Below are positions 1 through 13,374 of a stretch of DNA of 64,000 nucleotides, piece after piece. The position numbers and the translations under genes were made by a program. Each line of letters opens with the position of its first letter. Position 1 is the first letter of the stretch. The notes below the pieces were generated by a model. That model worked only from the letters and a program-made list of their open reading frames with translations, was not told the DNA's origin and did not search any database. Source of the stretch: Octopus vulgaris (lineage: Eukaryota); assembly GCA_951406725.2 (NCBI GenBank), contig OX597827.1:29326001-29390000 (forward strand), given 5' to 3'.

Positions 1-190
1 TAGGGTTCTGTTCCTTGTTGAATCTGCAGACATTGCTTATAGACAGATTCCAATATTTCATCTGTCTTTGATAGCACGCTTAGGTGACGTCTAATGTTAT
101 AACCAAAGACAGACAGATTTTAATTTAATGTACAATTTCACGAGTGCCAGATTCACATAGAGCTTTTATTACATGAACATGCACAAGCTT

Positions 191-221
<31 letters not shown>

Positions 222-428
222 CATTCTCAAATCTGCTGTTATAGATACATGCACATGAATGCAAATATATTTATAATTACAAATTGGAAACTAATGAGTA
301 AGCTTGATATTATACTCCCAAACCTGACAAATCTCTTATTGCATATATCTTATAAATGCATCATAGATGATTACACAAACACACACACACACATATATAT
401 ACATGTCTGTGTGCCTGAGCGTCTCTGC

Positions 429-459
<31 letters not shown>

Positions 460-805
460 TGGGGCTAATTTAGCTGCTTCTATATTGATTGAAAAAACTG
501 ATGAACAACCTTATTCGATTTTCCATTCTTATTGGATTCTCATCAGAGGTGTCTACCACAATTTTTCCCATTCCAGAGAAACAAGCATGTGTTTATATGA
601 CCACCAATTACAGTAGACACAGAAAAGTAGATCTATCAATTTAATTACTAACACTTTATATTTAATTACTGACACTTTTTATTAACTATCAAGAGCCTGT
701 CGAAGGGAATCTCAGTTCACACAGTATCATGATAAGAATACTGCATGTTACATACATCACATACATCAGTGTATATAGATAGATAAATATATATATATAT
801 ATATA

Positions 806-2300
806 TTGTCTACACCATCAGGGATAACCTAGACATGCTGAACCACCTCCCGAAGACAGTAAAGGACGGAACTCTACTGGTATCTTTCGATGTGGTGAAT
901 CTATACACTAATATCCCACACGACTATGGTATAGAAGCAATCACATTTTGGCTAGAAATATACCCAGAAGATATCTCAGGACGAATTAACCCCAATTTTA
1001 TAATTGAAGCACTTAAATTCGTCCTGTTGAACAATCATTTCTTGTTCGATACTACTTACTATCAACAGAATGCGGAATTGCAATGGGGACCAGAGCTGCT
1101 CCAGTGATTGCAAACCTCGTAATTGGTTACCACGAACTTAAGTTATACCAATCATCACTAGAAAAATATGGCGCCTCTCTTAATTGCTACTTAAAGGAGA
1201 ACTGGAAGAGATATTTAGATGATTGCTTCATACTTTGGCTAGATAGCATGGGTCAACTCCTTGATTTCAAAAGAATGCTCAACAACATACTCAGCAATAT
1301 ACAATTCACTATGGAACACAACAGTAAGCACTCCCTTTTCTAGACATCTTAATTATAATAGTTAACAACCACATGGAAACAGACATCTTTTATAAACCCA
1401 CAGATACCTATTAACTAAACAATACCTATTATTTAACTCCTGCCACCCCAAACACATAAAAATCAACATACCCTTTAACCAAGCGAAAAGAATCTGCACC
1501 ATAGTTTCCGATACATACACTCGAGAACATAGATTCTTGAACTTAGATCTACACTAACTAAAAGACATAACCCAATCTCATTAGTAGATGAAGGCATCAA
1601 AAGAGCTAAGGAAATAGATATACAAAGGTTAAAGAAAACTAGCCGAAATACTAAACAAGACTTAAAAATACTCCCGTACATCTCCACACATAACCCCAGA
1701 AACAACGAAGCCTTCAACATCATCACCTTAAACCTTCCCATCCTCACAGCAGACAAAACAATGAACGAAATTTTAAGCTCATATAAAATTATAAAAAAGC
1801 AAAAAGCAACCGAAGTTACTGAAAAAAATATTAACCAGCGCTAGACTTTACCCACTAACAACTGAGCCAAAAGTGACAAAATGGGGACGTTCTAACTGTG
1901 GAACATGCCCACACCTTCTGGAAGGTTCAGAATTCTAATTCAAACAAGGAGAAATATTTAAGATCAAATCAAATTTCACCTGCGCCTTAGCAAATGTAAT
2001 CTATGTCATGACGTGCATAGGATGTGGTAAACTCTATATTGGACAAACAGGAATTTCCCTCCGTCAAAGAATCACCATTCACAAAGAGCAAATCTGTCAC
2101 CCATAATACAGACAGTTAAAGGTGAGTGAACACATAGAAAGATGTGCCAGGAATCTTAATCCCAATTTCCAAATATTTCCCTTTTACCAATGTTCACAGA
2201 ACACCACCATGCAACAAAGGTTGAATAAAGAGGCATTTTTCATCAATAAATTTCTCCCCCAACTAAATATGAACACACAACTCAATACAGAACACCACTA
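806..2300 (+). mobile_element. Penelope-like retroelement, 5'-truncated, frameshifted RT plus GIY-YIG endonuclease pseudogene
   Basis: PLE RT motifs LVSFDVVNLYTNIPH, MGTRAAPVIANL and WKRYLDDCF lie in shifted frames. Near 1995-2050 the sequence reads NVIYVMTCIGCGKLYIGQTG (GIY-YIG), followed by FQIFPFYQC and FSPQLN. It begins directly after (TA)n. Confidence 0.92.
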
Positions 2301-2748
2301 ACTCTTCAATTGAAACCACTAAACCCGATACACTTACTACACCACTCACATCTCTAAATCCAGAGCTACTTACCTCCCTTACAAATAATCCAGAACTACT
2401 TACCTCCCTTAAAAATAATCTTTTTTCTCAGGAACTATTAGACCTGACACCGTGTATTAACCGGTGTTGTTCAAACGATGAATAGCTTTGCGTAAAATCA
2501 TTGGTTCGTTTTGTTCTCTTACTTTATTATCATCTTACAATCATCTCCTAATAATGACTTTTATGACTCGTATTACTACCTCAGTCAATCTAAATGTATA
2601 TATTTGTCGTTACCTGTCATAAATAACCTTTTTTTCTATTTGCAATATGCATTTTCGTTGATTTTTCATATTTTACCCTTACATTTCCACGTGTATTTTA
2701 TATTTTCTTTTCGTAACATATATCAATGATATATAGATATATATATAT

Positions 2749-3455
2749 AAACAGTCTTGACTGCCATTTCTAATTTTTCGGTATACGGCCAAGCAACCTG
2801 TTGCCTGTCCCTTTTTCTTATATACAGTATATATACTAAACTTTACAGAAGTTCCTACCGTTAATTGGCTATATTTACATACCGAATTCTACCAGTAAAT
2901 AATTGTGGTCTATTTTAAAAACCATTATAGAAATTATTTACTCTTATTATTATATTACTAATTGGATTTTTCACTCCCTTACGACAACCCATAGTTCCTA
3001 CCCCTATGGAACTATTTTTGTAATGCGCATGGCAAAATTTTGGAGGGAAGATTTACGAATTGAAACGTCTATGTAGGTTTAGCCTATGCACGCTTTCTTC
3101 AACTATTTTGATGTCGCATGGTCAGAAAGTTCGAGGTACGTAGCATTTGATAAATCTATTTCAAAGGAAAGCTGCGCTGAAGACGGATGTGAAATATATA
3201 TGCAATATATATAAAATATATATTAAAAAAATATATATGAAATATATATTCAATATATTTATAATCCAGAAACATGATGTTCGCAGATAACCGCTAGACT
3301 TCGTTTTCGTTATCTATTCCTTCTGTTTTGCATAAGTGAATTACAGTGTATGTCGTGTGTGGAGCCCCACTTGTAGAAAATAGAAATAAACAGTCTTGAC
3401 TGCCATTTCTAATTTTTCGGTATGCGACCAAGCAACCTGTTGCCTGTCCCTTTTT

Positions 3456-3460
<5 letters not shown>
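2749..3460 (+). repeat. Direct repeat of a ~75 bp unit (2749-2825 and 3388-3460) flanking a hammerhead-bearing segment; PLE pseudo-LTR-like
   Basis: AAACAGTCTTGACTGCCATTTCTAATTTTTCGGTAT...GCAACCTGTTGCCTGTCCCTTTTTCTTATATA occurs twice, each copy ending in TA repeats. A diverged relative lies at ~49395-49483. Confidence 0.75.
3172..3286 (+). ncRNA. Type I hammerhead ribozyme motif with long AT-rich stem II
   Basis: Stem I CTGCG/CGCAG; core CTGAAGA; stem II GGAT...ATCC enclosing an AT-rich arm; GAAAC-ATGAT-GTT. The first stem II pair is a C/A mismatch. Confidence 0.7.
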
Positions 3461-3488
<28 letters not shown>

Positions 3489-3491
<3 letters not shown>

Positions 3492-3882
3492 CGCAGGAGT
3501 GGCTGTGTGGTAAGTAGCTTGCTAACCAGCCACATGGTTCCGGGTTCAGTCCCACTGCGTGGCATCTTGGGCAAGTGTTTTCTGCTATAGCCCCGGGCCG
3601 ACCAATGCCTCGCGAGTGGATTTGGTAGACGGAAACTGAAAGAAGCCTGTCGTATATGTGTATATATATATGTATGTGTGTCTGTGTTTGTCCCCCTAGC
3701 ATTGCTTGACAACCGATGCTGGTGTGTTTACGTCCCCGTCACTTAGCGGTTCGGCAAAAGAGAACGATAGAATAAGTACTGGGCTTACAAAGAATAAGTC
3801 CCGGGGTCGATTTGCTCGACTAAAGGCGGTGCTCCAGCATGGCCGCAGTCAAATGACTGAAACAAGTAAAAGAGTAAAAGAG
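3489..3882 (+). mobile_element. tRNA-derived SINE, family B, full length
   Basis: tRNA-like head (GTGGCTGTGTGGTAAG...GGTTCAGTCCC), internal (TG/TA)n and GTAAAAGA tail repeats; nearly identical to 54091-54480. Confidence 0.85.
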
Positions 3883-3927
3883 CATATGCATATATATATA
3901 TACACACATAAATGTATATACATATAA

Positions 3928-3959
<32 letters not shown>

Positions 3960-4122
3960 GTATATATATATATATATATGTATATATCACCGACTCTCCC
4001 GTCGTTATATGACACGTGAGGGCTCGGCAATTTCTTGATTTGTGCATTGCCTATACAGGTGCACCGTATGCCACATGTCAGACAACGAAATGTTTTGTGG
4101 TAGAGTCCTCCATTCCTAGTGA

Positions 4123-4123
<1 letters not shown>

Positions 4124-4216
<93 letters not shown>

Positions 4217-4242
4217 CATTATTATTATTATGATCATCATCA

Positions 4243-4303
<61 letters not shown>
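4124..4303. repeat. (TAT/TAA)n microsatellite
   Basis: Directly visible; further arrays at 5034-5118 and 63755-64000. Confidence 0.95.
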
Positions 4304-4305
<2 letters not shown>

Positions 4306-5032
4306 TATGTTTGACTTTTGCTTTACATTTGTACAAGTTGGCTCCAAGTCTCACCCAGAGACCTCAAGAGACGACAGGTTGGAAGTTCATGTTGTTGTTA
4401 TGCCTAGTGTGCCATATATTTCGTTTTGTATTTAGTGTTGTACTAGTGAATGTCTAAAAAGAACCATACAAAAATTATGTTTCTTTTAAAATTTGAGATT
4501 ACATAGAAAGTATTTTGCGTAGGATATGAGCAGTTCCTATGAGCACTATCTTTTGAATTTCTGCCAATTTTGGGGTTTCCTGCTATATGAGCTAGGTAGC
4601 AATCAGCCCCTTTTGCTATCATTTACAGGGCACCTATGACAACAGGTATTGTTTTAGTCTTCAGGTTTTGCTGATTTCTATTTCAAGATCTTTATATTTG
4701 CTCAGTTTTTGGTAGGTCTTGACAGATACGTTTATATCGATTGGGACAGTCATATCAATGAGGAGACATGTTCTTTGTCTGAAGTCTTTCAATATGATGT
4801 CTGGCCTATTTGCATCTATCGTTCTGTCAGATTGAATGGTGAAGTTCCAAAGGAGTGAGATGTGGTCATTTTCAAGCACTGGAGTTGGTTTGTGTTCCCA
4901 CCAGTTTTTTTCATGGGGCAAATCCAGGTTTTTGCAAATTACCCAGTGAATTGTGCAGCTCTATCATACCTGTTAAGATACTCTGTAGGCGCTAGAAGAC
5001 TGCACTTGGAGACAACATGATCAATGGTTTCA

Positions 5033-5034
<2 letters not shown>
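4304..5034 (-). mobile_element. 3' fragment of an RLE-encoding non-LTR retrotransposon (R4/Dong-like)
   Basis: Minus strand reads ETIDHVVSKC (end of a CCHC finger), NRPDIILKD...LIDMTVP...KLSKY (PD..D restriction-like endonuclease) and IPVVIGAL. It is flanked on both sides by (TAA)n, the known Dong-type target. Confidence 0.85.
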
Positions 5035-5083
<49 letters not shown>

Positions 5084-5339
5084 CATAGTTATTATTATTA
5101 TTATTATTATCATCATTATTGAGTGAGAGAGCAGCGCATGCCATCAAAGTGACACTGGGGTACAATTATAGGAAGCCCAGAATACCCATCATGACTATCC
5201 GTCTGATAAGGGTACACCGGGCACATGCATCACAACCATATGTGCGCGACATGGTGATCTCGTATCAAAATAAACAGTGCATGACCTTGCGAGCTTCCAT
5301 TTCTTCCCCAAGATGAAAACGCAGTTCAAAGGTCACCGT

Positions 5340-5560
5340 TTAACACTGACTTGGACATCAAGAGCGAATCACAGAAGGGGTTCGAATCGCTTACAGAAAA
5401 TGTCTTCCTAGCTGGATTCTAAAAGTAACACGAACGCTGAGAATGGTTTATTGCTGCGCAAGATGAATATTTTGAAGGAGATGGTGTTAAAACATATTTA
5501 AATAAGTTATCTTTTATTAAACATAACTAGTCCGGTAACTCGTTGATACCACCTCGTATA
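5340..5560 (+). mobile_element. Tc1/mariner 3' remnant
   Basis: Decayed transposase C-terminus (IAAQDEYFEGD) followed by a TIR-like end ...GATACCACCTCGTA at TA. Confidence 0.6.
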
Positions 5561-5603
5561 TATATATATAGACATATATATGTGTGTGTGTGTGTGTTTT
5601 GTA

Positions 5604-5692
5604 ATCCCTCCTGAAGAGATTATGCTCAGAGATATGAAATTAATATATAATTAATTTCATTGTGTATAATTGAAACAGCTGTAAGAATGGAT
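5604..5692 (+). ncRNA. Type I hammerhead motif with long stem II and degenerate stem I
   Basis: CTGAAGA-GATTATGC...(ATGAAATTAAT/ATTAATTTCAT hairpin)...GTATAATT-GAAAC-AGCT-GTA; stem III is the palindrome ACAGCTGT. Confidence 0.6.
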
Positions 5693-5953
5693 AATGATTG
5701 ATTTGTTGTTGATAATAAATTCTTATTTACTTCAAAATCTCCATTTTTTTCTTCTTCTTATATATATACATACATATATATAGATATATATTAATTGTTA
5801 TCGCCATATTAATATGGCAGTCTTATAGATATAAGACTAAAAGCTGTCGCTGATTAGCTTCATGAGGCCATCGCCTTAATATGGCGATAACAATTAATTT
5901 CCAGTAACGCTGCCGTAATCTCTTTTAGAGAGACTTAGTAATTTTAATATTTC

Positions 5954-6080
<127 letters not shown>

Positions 6081-6488
6081 GGTATGTAGAAAAATACAAC
6101 ATGGACAAGAACGTATAACTCTTAGAAGACGACACAATAAACACGGACAGGACATTCGAAACCCTCAGTCATATATATATATATATAATATTAGGGAGTA
6201 TAACTCCAAACTTACAGCGAAAACTTCAATTTAGTAATAAATCAAATTTCACAATATGAATACATATAGAAAAATTAGAGAAAAACCACTATTATGTAAT
6301 TCAAACAATGATAGACGTAAATCATACCATATAGAAAAAAATAAAATATACGATAAAACATTTACCTAGATCACGATAAAGTACATAATAATAAATAAAC
6401 AGTATATAATTAGTAAATAGACTACGTACGTTTCCATTTACGTCTATCATTCGCTAATTCATGTATTTATATATAAATATATATACAT

Positions 6489-6623
6489 ACCGGTCATTTC
6501 TTAAAAAACTATGTCATTGTATGAAAAAAATTAATAACATTCTTCTGACATAATGACTCAAATATATATTTTTTAACCTTTTAAAACAAGCCTTCTGTAG
6601 TTTTTTCACTTTTTACTATTTTC

Positions 6624-6625
<2 letters not shown>
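6489..6625 (+). repeat. Solo PLE pseudo-LTR fragment homologous to ~23945-24077 (-)
   Basis: ACCGGTCATTTCTTAAAAAACTATG...AAAACAAGCCTTCTGTAG matches the reverse complement of the region 3' of the GIY-YIG fragment at 24223-24545. Confidence 0.75.
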
Positions 6626-6713
<88 letters not shown>

Positions 6714-6744
6714 CACACATATATACATACATATATATCCAAAC

Positions 6745-6902
6745 ATATACGACATGCTTCTCTCAGTTTCCGTCGACCAAATCCACTCAAAAGCCTTTGT
6801 CGGCCCGAGGCTAGACCAGAATACACTTTCCCACATAGAGTGACTGAACCCCGAACCATGTGGTTGGGAAGCAAGTTACTTACCACTCAACTACGCCTGC
6901 GA
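6745..6902 (-). mobile_element. SINE family B, 5' half
   Basis: Reverse-complement match to 3489-3650. Confidence 0.75.
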
Positions 6903-7345
6903 CTATGTGTTAATCTATAGGAATATTTGTTGAGTATTCTATTGGAGACGACATCTAAGCAAAGTTTGCCACTCCATCTGCTCGGTTATACTTGAGAAGA
7001 GCCAAACATGAGAAGCAAATTTCGTTATTACCTCGTTTCTTTTTTACACTTCTCTCCTGATATTTTGAACAGCGCATACAAATGGAAAACAAGTCTGGAG
7101 TTATATAATTACGCTTATTTAACACATACATACATTCATGAATACATACATTCATACATACATATATGCATGAATACATATACACACATATACACTCACG
7201 CACTCACACACATACATTCATGCGTACATGCATGTATATATACATACACACACATACAGACAGACACATACGCACATGCATACATGCACAAAAATTCACA
7301 CATACACGCACATATATATATATATGATTAAATTATGTATTTATA

Positions 7346-7421
<76 letters not shown>

Positions 7422-7799
7422 TCACCCTACTATACAGTGTATACACCCTACTATACAGTCGATAAAATCGAAAACAATGTGCATGCACGAAATTTAAAAT
7501 ATAAAATGGCGACAATTTACTGTAAATAAAGTGATGTAAACATAAACATATAGTGTAGATATATATATATATATATATCACCTGGCTTCGTCTTTTCTTT
7601 TTTCATAAACTCTCCCTATATATATGTGTGTGTGTGTGTGTATACATACATATTCATATATATACACAAATATTCATACATATATATGCATAGATCCGTA
7701 CATATATACACATACGTACATATACATTAGTTATAACGCAAACATATACATGTATTTGTGAGTGTTCATGTATGAGTGTATACCCTAATATACATACAT

Positions 7800-7846
<47 letters not shown>

Positions 7847-8159
7847 CACACACAATTATAAGCATACAAATATATATATATGTATATATGGCATCTGTTT
7901 AACTTGAGCAAACAACAAAACGTTTTTGTCTTCCTCTTTTCACCTCTTCTTTATAGCTTCTATCTTATGTCTTACAATATCTCCTTTACTCCTTTTCTCC
8001 ATCATTCACCGTCCCTTTTTCCTTCTTTTTTTCCGCCGCTCTTTTATTGGGCGATTTATTTATTTCTGTTTCATTAAATAACAAACGGTCGAAAAAAAAA
8101 TGTCAGTGGAGAAAAAAAAAGAAAGAAATGACTGGCGATAGGTTAAATTTACACGTTTA

Positions 8160-8397
8160 AGAACATCAAGAAGAAATATGACAAACAAGAAGAAAGAGGA
8201 GAAGAAAAAGAAGAAGAAGAAGAAGAAGAAGAAGAAGAAGAAGAAGAAGACGGAGGAGGAGCAGGGGAGCAGGAGAGGGAGAAAAAGAAAAAGAAAAAGA
8301 AAAAGGAAGAAGAAAAATGAAGGAGGAGAACGAGGAGAAGAAGAAGAAAAAGTAAATGAAGAAGAAGAAGTAGAAGGAGAAGAAGTAGAAGAAGAAG

Positions 8398-8429
<32 letters not shown>

Positions 8430-8720
8430 GAAGAAGAAGAAGAATTGAAGAAGAAGAGGAAGAAGACGAAAAAGAAATTAAGTTGAAGAAGAAGAAAGAT
8501 GATGATGATGGAGGTTGTGTTGGTGGTGGTGGTCGTCGTCGTGGTCGTGGTCGTGGTGGCGAAGATGATAGGTGTGGTGGTAGTAAAAGTAGTGATAATG
8601 ACGATGAAGATGATGATGGTGATATGTCTATGAGGGAGACGATGGGCATGGTGATGTGATGGTCACGACGAAAACCGATGATGGTGATGATTCGCGATGA
8701 AATAGAAGAAGAAGAAGACA
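8160..8720. repeat. (GAA)n/(GAT/GGT)n low-complexity tract
   Basis: Directly visible. Confidence 0.9.
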
Positions 8721-9066
8721 AAATAATACGAAGGTAAGTTTTTCCTGATAGCTTAGTGAAAGATAAAGCGGATTGCGCGCGCTCACGTGAATGCGTGTGT
8801 GTGTGTGTGTGTGTTTGTGTGTGTGAGTGTGAGTGTTAATGCGCGCGCGTGTGTGTGTGTGTGTGTGTGCTCTTTGATGAAAAGATTGAGATATTTCAGT
8901 GAAAAGATGTGACGTTATTGATAATCAATATGGAGGAAAGAAGTAGGAAAACGAAAAAAAAGAAACCTCTCATGTTTTATCAATAACTATTACAGATATA
9001 CCTACATTCACACACGTACACACACACACACATGCACATATATGTGTGTGCGTGTGTATATATATG

Positions 9067-9100
<34 letters not shown>

Positions 9101-9136
9101 TATACATCTTTGTATACATGTATATATCTTTATATA

Positions 9137-9193
<57 letters not shown>

Positions 9194-9529
9194 ATGTATA
9201 TATAAACATAATATATATTTTTATTTATTTATTCCTTTTTTCTCTATATATAAATCATTTAGAAACATGATAGGAAAGTATTTCAATGTAAAATATTTAT
9301 ACATTTATAGACAGAGTACACTAAATGTTACTTAGCAAGGTTATGTGTCATAAAATATGTAGAATTACTGAGAGAGATTTTTCTATGAAGGAAAAAAAAA
9401 ACTAAGACGAAATCTAATGAAGGATACACAGACACAGAGGCAGACTGACTGGTTTTTCGCTAAGTAAACGAAACGGCCATTTTAAGGAAAAGTTGCAAAA
9501 AGAACTAACGACAGCTTCATCAATAACAA

Positions 9530-10440
9530 TAACAAGCAGTTTTTTGAGGGGAGGGGGTGAATCGATTCCTTCACCCACAGCACTTGAGTGGCATATATTT
9601 TATCCACCACGAAAAGATGAAAGGCGAACGTAAAGACGAACGAAATGGTTCTGAGTATTTAGTCCGGCATGGTCACGGTTCTGCCAGCTCCCAGTAATAA
9701 TCTTTCCTAGTCCAGGCACATTCCATGACGCTTAGTGAGAGGGCCTAGTCGATTACATCAACACATGTGCTTAAATGGCATTTTATTTTATCGGCCGCAG
9801 CAGGCTGAATGGGATAGTTGACTTCGGCGGAATTTGAACTCAGAATGTAAACAGCAGAAATAAATGTTACTAGACATTTTGTCCGACGAATTTGATGATT
9901 CTGTCACTTCGCCGCCCTAACATCAGCAACAATAATTATTATAATGACATCTAATTTTGGAATAAAGCCGGCCATTTCGAGGGAAACGATCAATCGGTTC
10001 CATCGATTCCCGTATTTGACTACTACTTTATTTTATCAGCCCCGAAAGGAAAATAGGTGAAGTCGACCTCGGCGGAATTTGAACGAAAAAAGCAGCAAGA
10101 AATGCCGCTAAACATTTTACACTACACTCTAACAATTCTCCTGAAAGCTGAGAAAAATGTGAAGTTTTGAGATCTAGAAATGACGATACAAACCGAAAAT
10201 ATTTCACGGAAAATGTTTTTTCAACGTACTGAGACCAGGAGTAATTTCAAAGCCTGAAATTTAGAGGGAAGCGGGCTAGTTGAATAGATCAACCCCAGTG
10301 TTCAACTGTTACTTATTTTATTGACTCGGAGAAGATAAATGGCAAAACGGACCACGGCGGAATTTAAACTGAGAACGTAAAATTCGAACGAATACCGCTA
10401 AACTACTTTGTTCCAAAGGATAACGGTTCTGCCATTTCGA
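9530..10440 (-). mobile_element. Cluster of degenerate family A SINE copies in tandem
   Basis: Repeated GTCGACCTCGGCGGAATTTGAAC and TTTTATCGACCCCGAAAGG variants. Confidence 0.75.
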
Positions 10441-11083
10441 ACAGTTAACAGGCGAGAGAAATTATTTATATTTCATCTTCTTTCTGTGAGAACTCTTTGT
10501 CTACTGCTCTCTGTTTCTCTTTATGAATCTACCATTCCAGTACAGACGAAAGTGTGTACGTATAATGGCAGGCGAGTGACATCAACAGTGAGGAAAGGAG
10601 GAAAAGGGTGCAAACGAAAGCATAAAATCTAAATTGTTACTTAAAAAAAAATACGCGTCTTAGTTAAAAGAAATATTCACACACAAATTTCTTAAATATA
10701 TTTCTTTAAAATTTTAACATGTTAAAATTTATCTGCCATTTCAAAGAAAGAAAATAACATTTAAATTCTTCCTTGTTTTTTTCTGAGGAAATCTGACAAA
10801 TCTTTATCATCCACACCATCTTTGATATGCCCTTTATTTAAAAAATTAAGTTTACGTTATTATTTTTCTTTCTCCAATATTTTACCATTTCTTTTTATTT
10901 TACTTTTCTTTTCCTTTTTTTTATTCTTCAATAATCAGCAGAGAATGAGTCATTTAATCTAGTTCAGCAATATCGAAATCAGCCGCCACTCTCGATCAGC
11001 AGAATGGATATGTGCGTGTATACGTGTGTGTGTTTTTTAAGTGCGTCTGCGAGTATATGAATCTACATACATACTTATATATA

Positions 11084-11136
<53 letters not shown>

Positions 11137-11183
11137 ATACATATATATATATATGTATATATATATGTATGCATGTATGTATA

Positions 11184-11217
<34 letters not shown>

Positions 11218-11325
11218 GGTATGTATATGTATATATATGTGTATGTGTGTATGTGTGTGTGCGCCCGTTACACACCCATTTATGTGCAAAATATATGTGA
11301 ATAATTCTCTATATATACTTATCTT

Positions 11326-11375
<50 letters not shown>

Positions 11376-11512
11376 TATAAGTGTATATATATATATGTGT
11401 GTGTGTGTGTATATATTGTACATATATATATATATACACTTATATTCATATATATATATATATATATACATATATAAATATATACAAAATATATATAGAA
11501 AATATACAAATA

Positions 11513-11592
<80 letters not shown>

Positions 11593-11753
11593 CTGCTCGC
11601 TTAGCCAGCGGGGTGGCGTCATTCGAAGGCTAAGACAATGCGAACGCATTGTGACTAGCGATGTGTAGCAACATCTGATGGTCTGGTCGGTCACGTGATT
11701 ACGTGATATATATATGTATGTATGTACATATATATCTGTCTCTGTATGTGTAC

Positions 11754-11797
<44 letters not shown>

Positions 11798-12094
11798 AAC
11801 ACACACACACATACACACACATATATATATGCACACACATAAATATATCTTGCTATTTTAGACAATGTGAACGAGTTCATTAAAAAGAAAGAGATCTAAA
11901 CTCCTCCATTCATCCGCAATGTGTGATATGTAAGCTTAGACTGCCCAACGTCAACTACATTTTTAGGTTTCAGCCAAACTAGTTTTGCTAAGCAAGTAAT
12001 TATAAACATGGAGGATGAAACTACGTACAAGAGAAAAAAAACTGTAATTAAGAGGTGGGGGGTGACATACACTAACTTTTATGCTAAACGTGCT

Positions 12095-12505
12095 TCAGGC
12101 GTTGGTCTGCGGGAATGCTGGAGCACTGCCGTGAAGGGTATTCGGTCGAACGTATCGTTACCATTACTTATTTAAAGCTGTGTACTTATTCTATCTCGTT
12201 TTTTCCCAACCGTTAATTGACAGGGAAATACACCGATTGTCAACCGATGGAAGGCCAACGCTGACACGCATATACATACATACATACATACATACATACA
12301 TACATACATACATACATACATACATACAAACACGCATGCATACATACACACACACACATACACACGCCAAGTTTCTTTGATTTTCCGTCCACTAAGTTCA
12401 CTCATAAATCTTCGCTCGGTCCGGGCTCTATAGTAGAAGACACTTGCCCCAGGCGGAATCATGTGATTGGCAAATGAACTTCTTAACACACAGCCACGCC
12501 TGCGT
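12095..12505 (-). mobile_element. SINE family B, diverged
   Basis: Reverse-complement match to 3489-3882 with an internal (CATA)n. Confidence 0.75.
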
Positions 12506-13374
12506 CTTACATCAACCGTTTTAAACTTCATTAAATTTATTCATGTTGTAAAGGGAGAAATATACTATTAAGCTGATTTGTTGTAAAAAAAAAAGAGAAA
12601 GGTGGCAAGGCATTTCGGAAGAATGCAAAACTTTGTGGGGACGCGTTGTTCGAATTTATCAGCCATTGTAAAGATCGCGAAACCATAGGAATTCGAGAAA
12701 ACTGCACTGAGGCTTGTTGGACTGAGTCAGTCTGCTAGTTTCCAAAGATCAGCTGCCAAGCTCTCATTCCTGGTGATAATTTGCAAACGAGAATACCAAA
12801 GTTGCAAACTTGAAACATCCCGATAATACCTCATAAGATAACTTTTTATAGTTTCTGTTTACTAAATTCCGTTGAAATATGATAGGTCAAATCGGAGCGA
12901 TATTAAATGACACTTTCTAAGGTCTTGCGTACAATAGGAAGTAAACCCAGCACCATATGGTCTGACAACACGCTTCTTAAGAACACATTTTCATTCTTGA
13001 AAATGATTTATGAAGCATGTTAGCAAATGCAAATAACAGCCCGAGAGAACTGGTGTTGATTCTTTGTTGTAAAAGTAATTTAAATGCTTCAATAAGTTGA
13101 TATATGTGTAGAAGAAAGTTTTAAACTTGTCTTCATCCTAACTCTTCTTTTTTATCTCAACGTGTTTTAGTCCTGGGTGTGATTTAAAACTGCATTCAAT
13201 AGTGAGACCCTTGTTCCAAGGTTTTGAGGAGCGTGGAACCACCTCTTAACGTCTGTTGCACCCAGTTCTCCTCTAACTACTCAGGAGAAGTAGCACCTGA
13301 AAGAATCCTAACTATGAGCCAAATAGTATGTAACGACCCAATCCTGGATACGTTGAAATCATGAGATGCCACAT

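Noticed and set aside
8487-8739. Acidic exon ending at AAG|GTAAGT
   Set aside because: The upstream sequence is low-complexity triplet repeat with no credible acceptor.
9530-10440. CRISPR-like regularly spaced repeats
   Set aside because: These are degenerate SINE copies in eukaryotic DNA, with irregular spacing and no cas genes.
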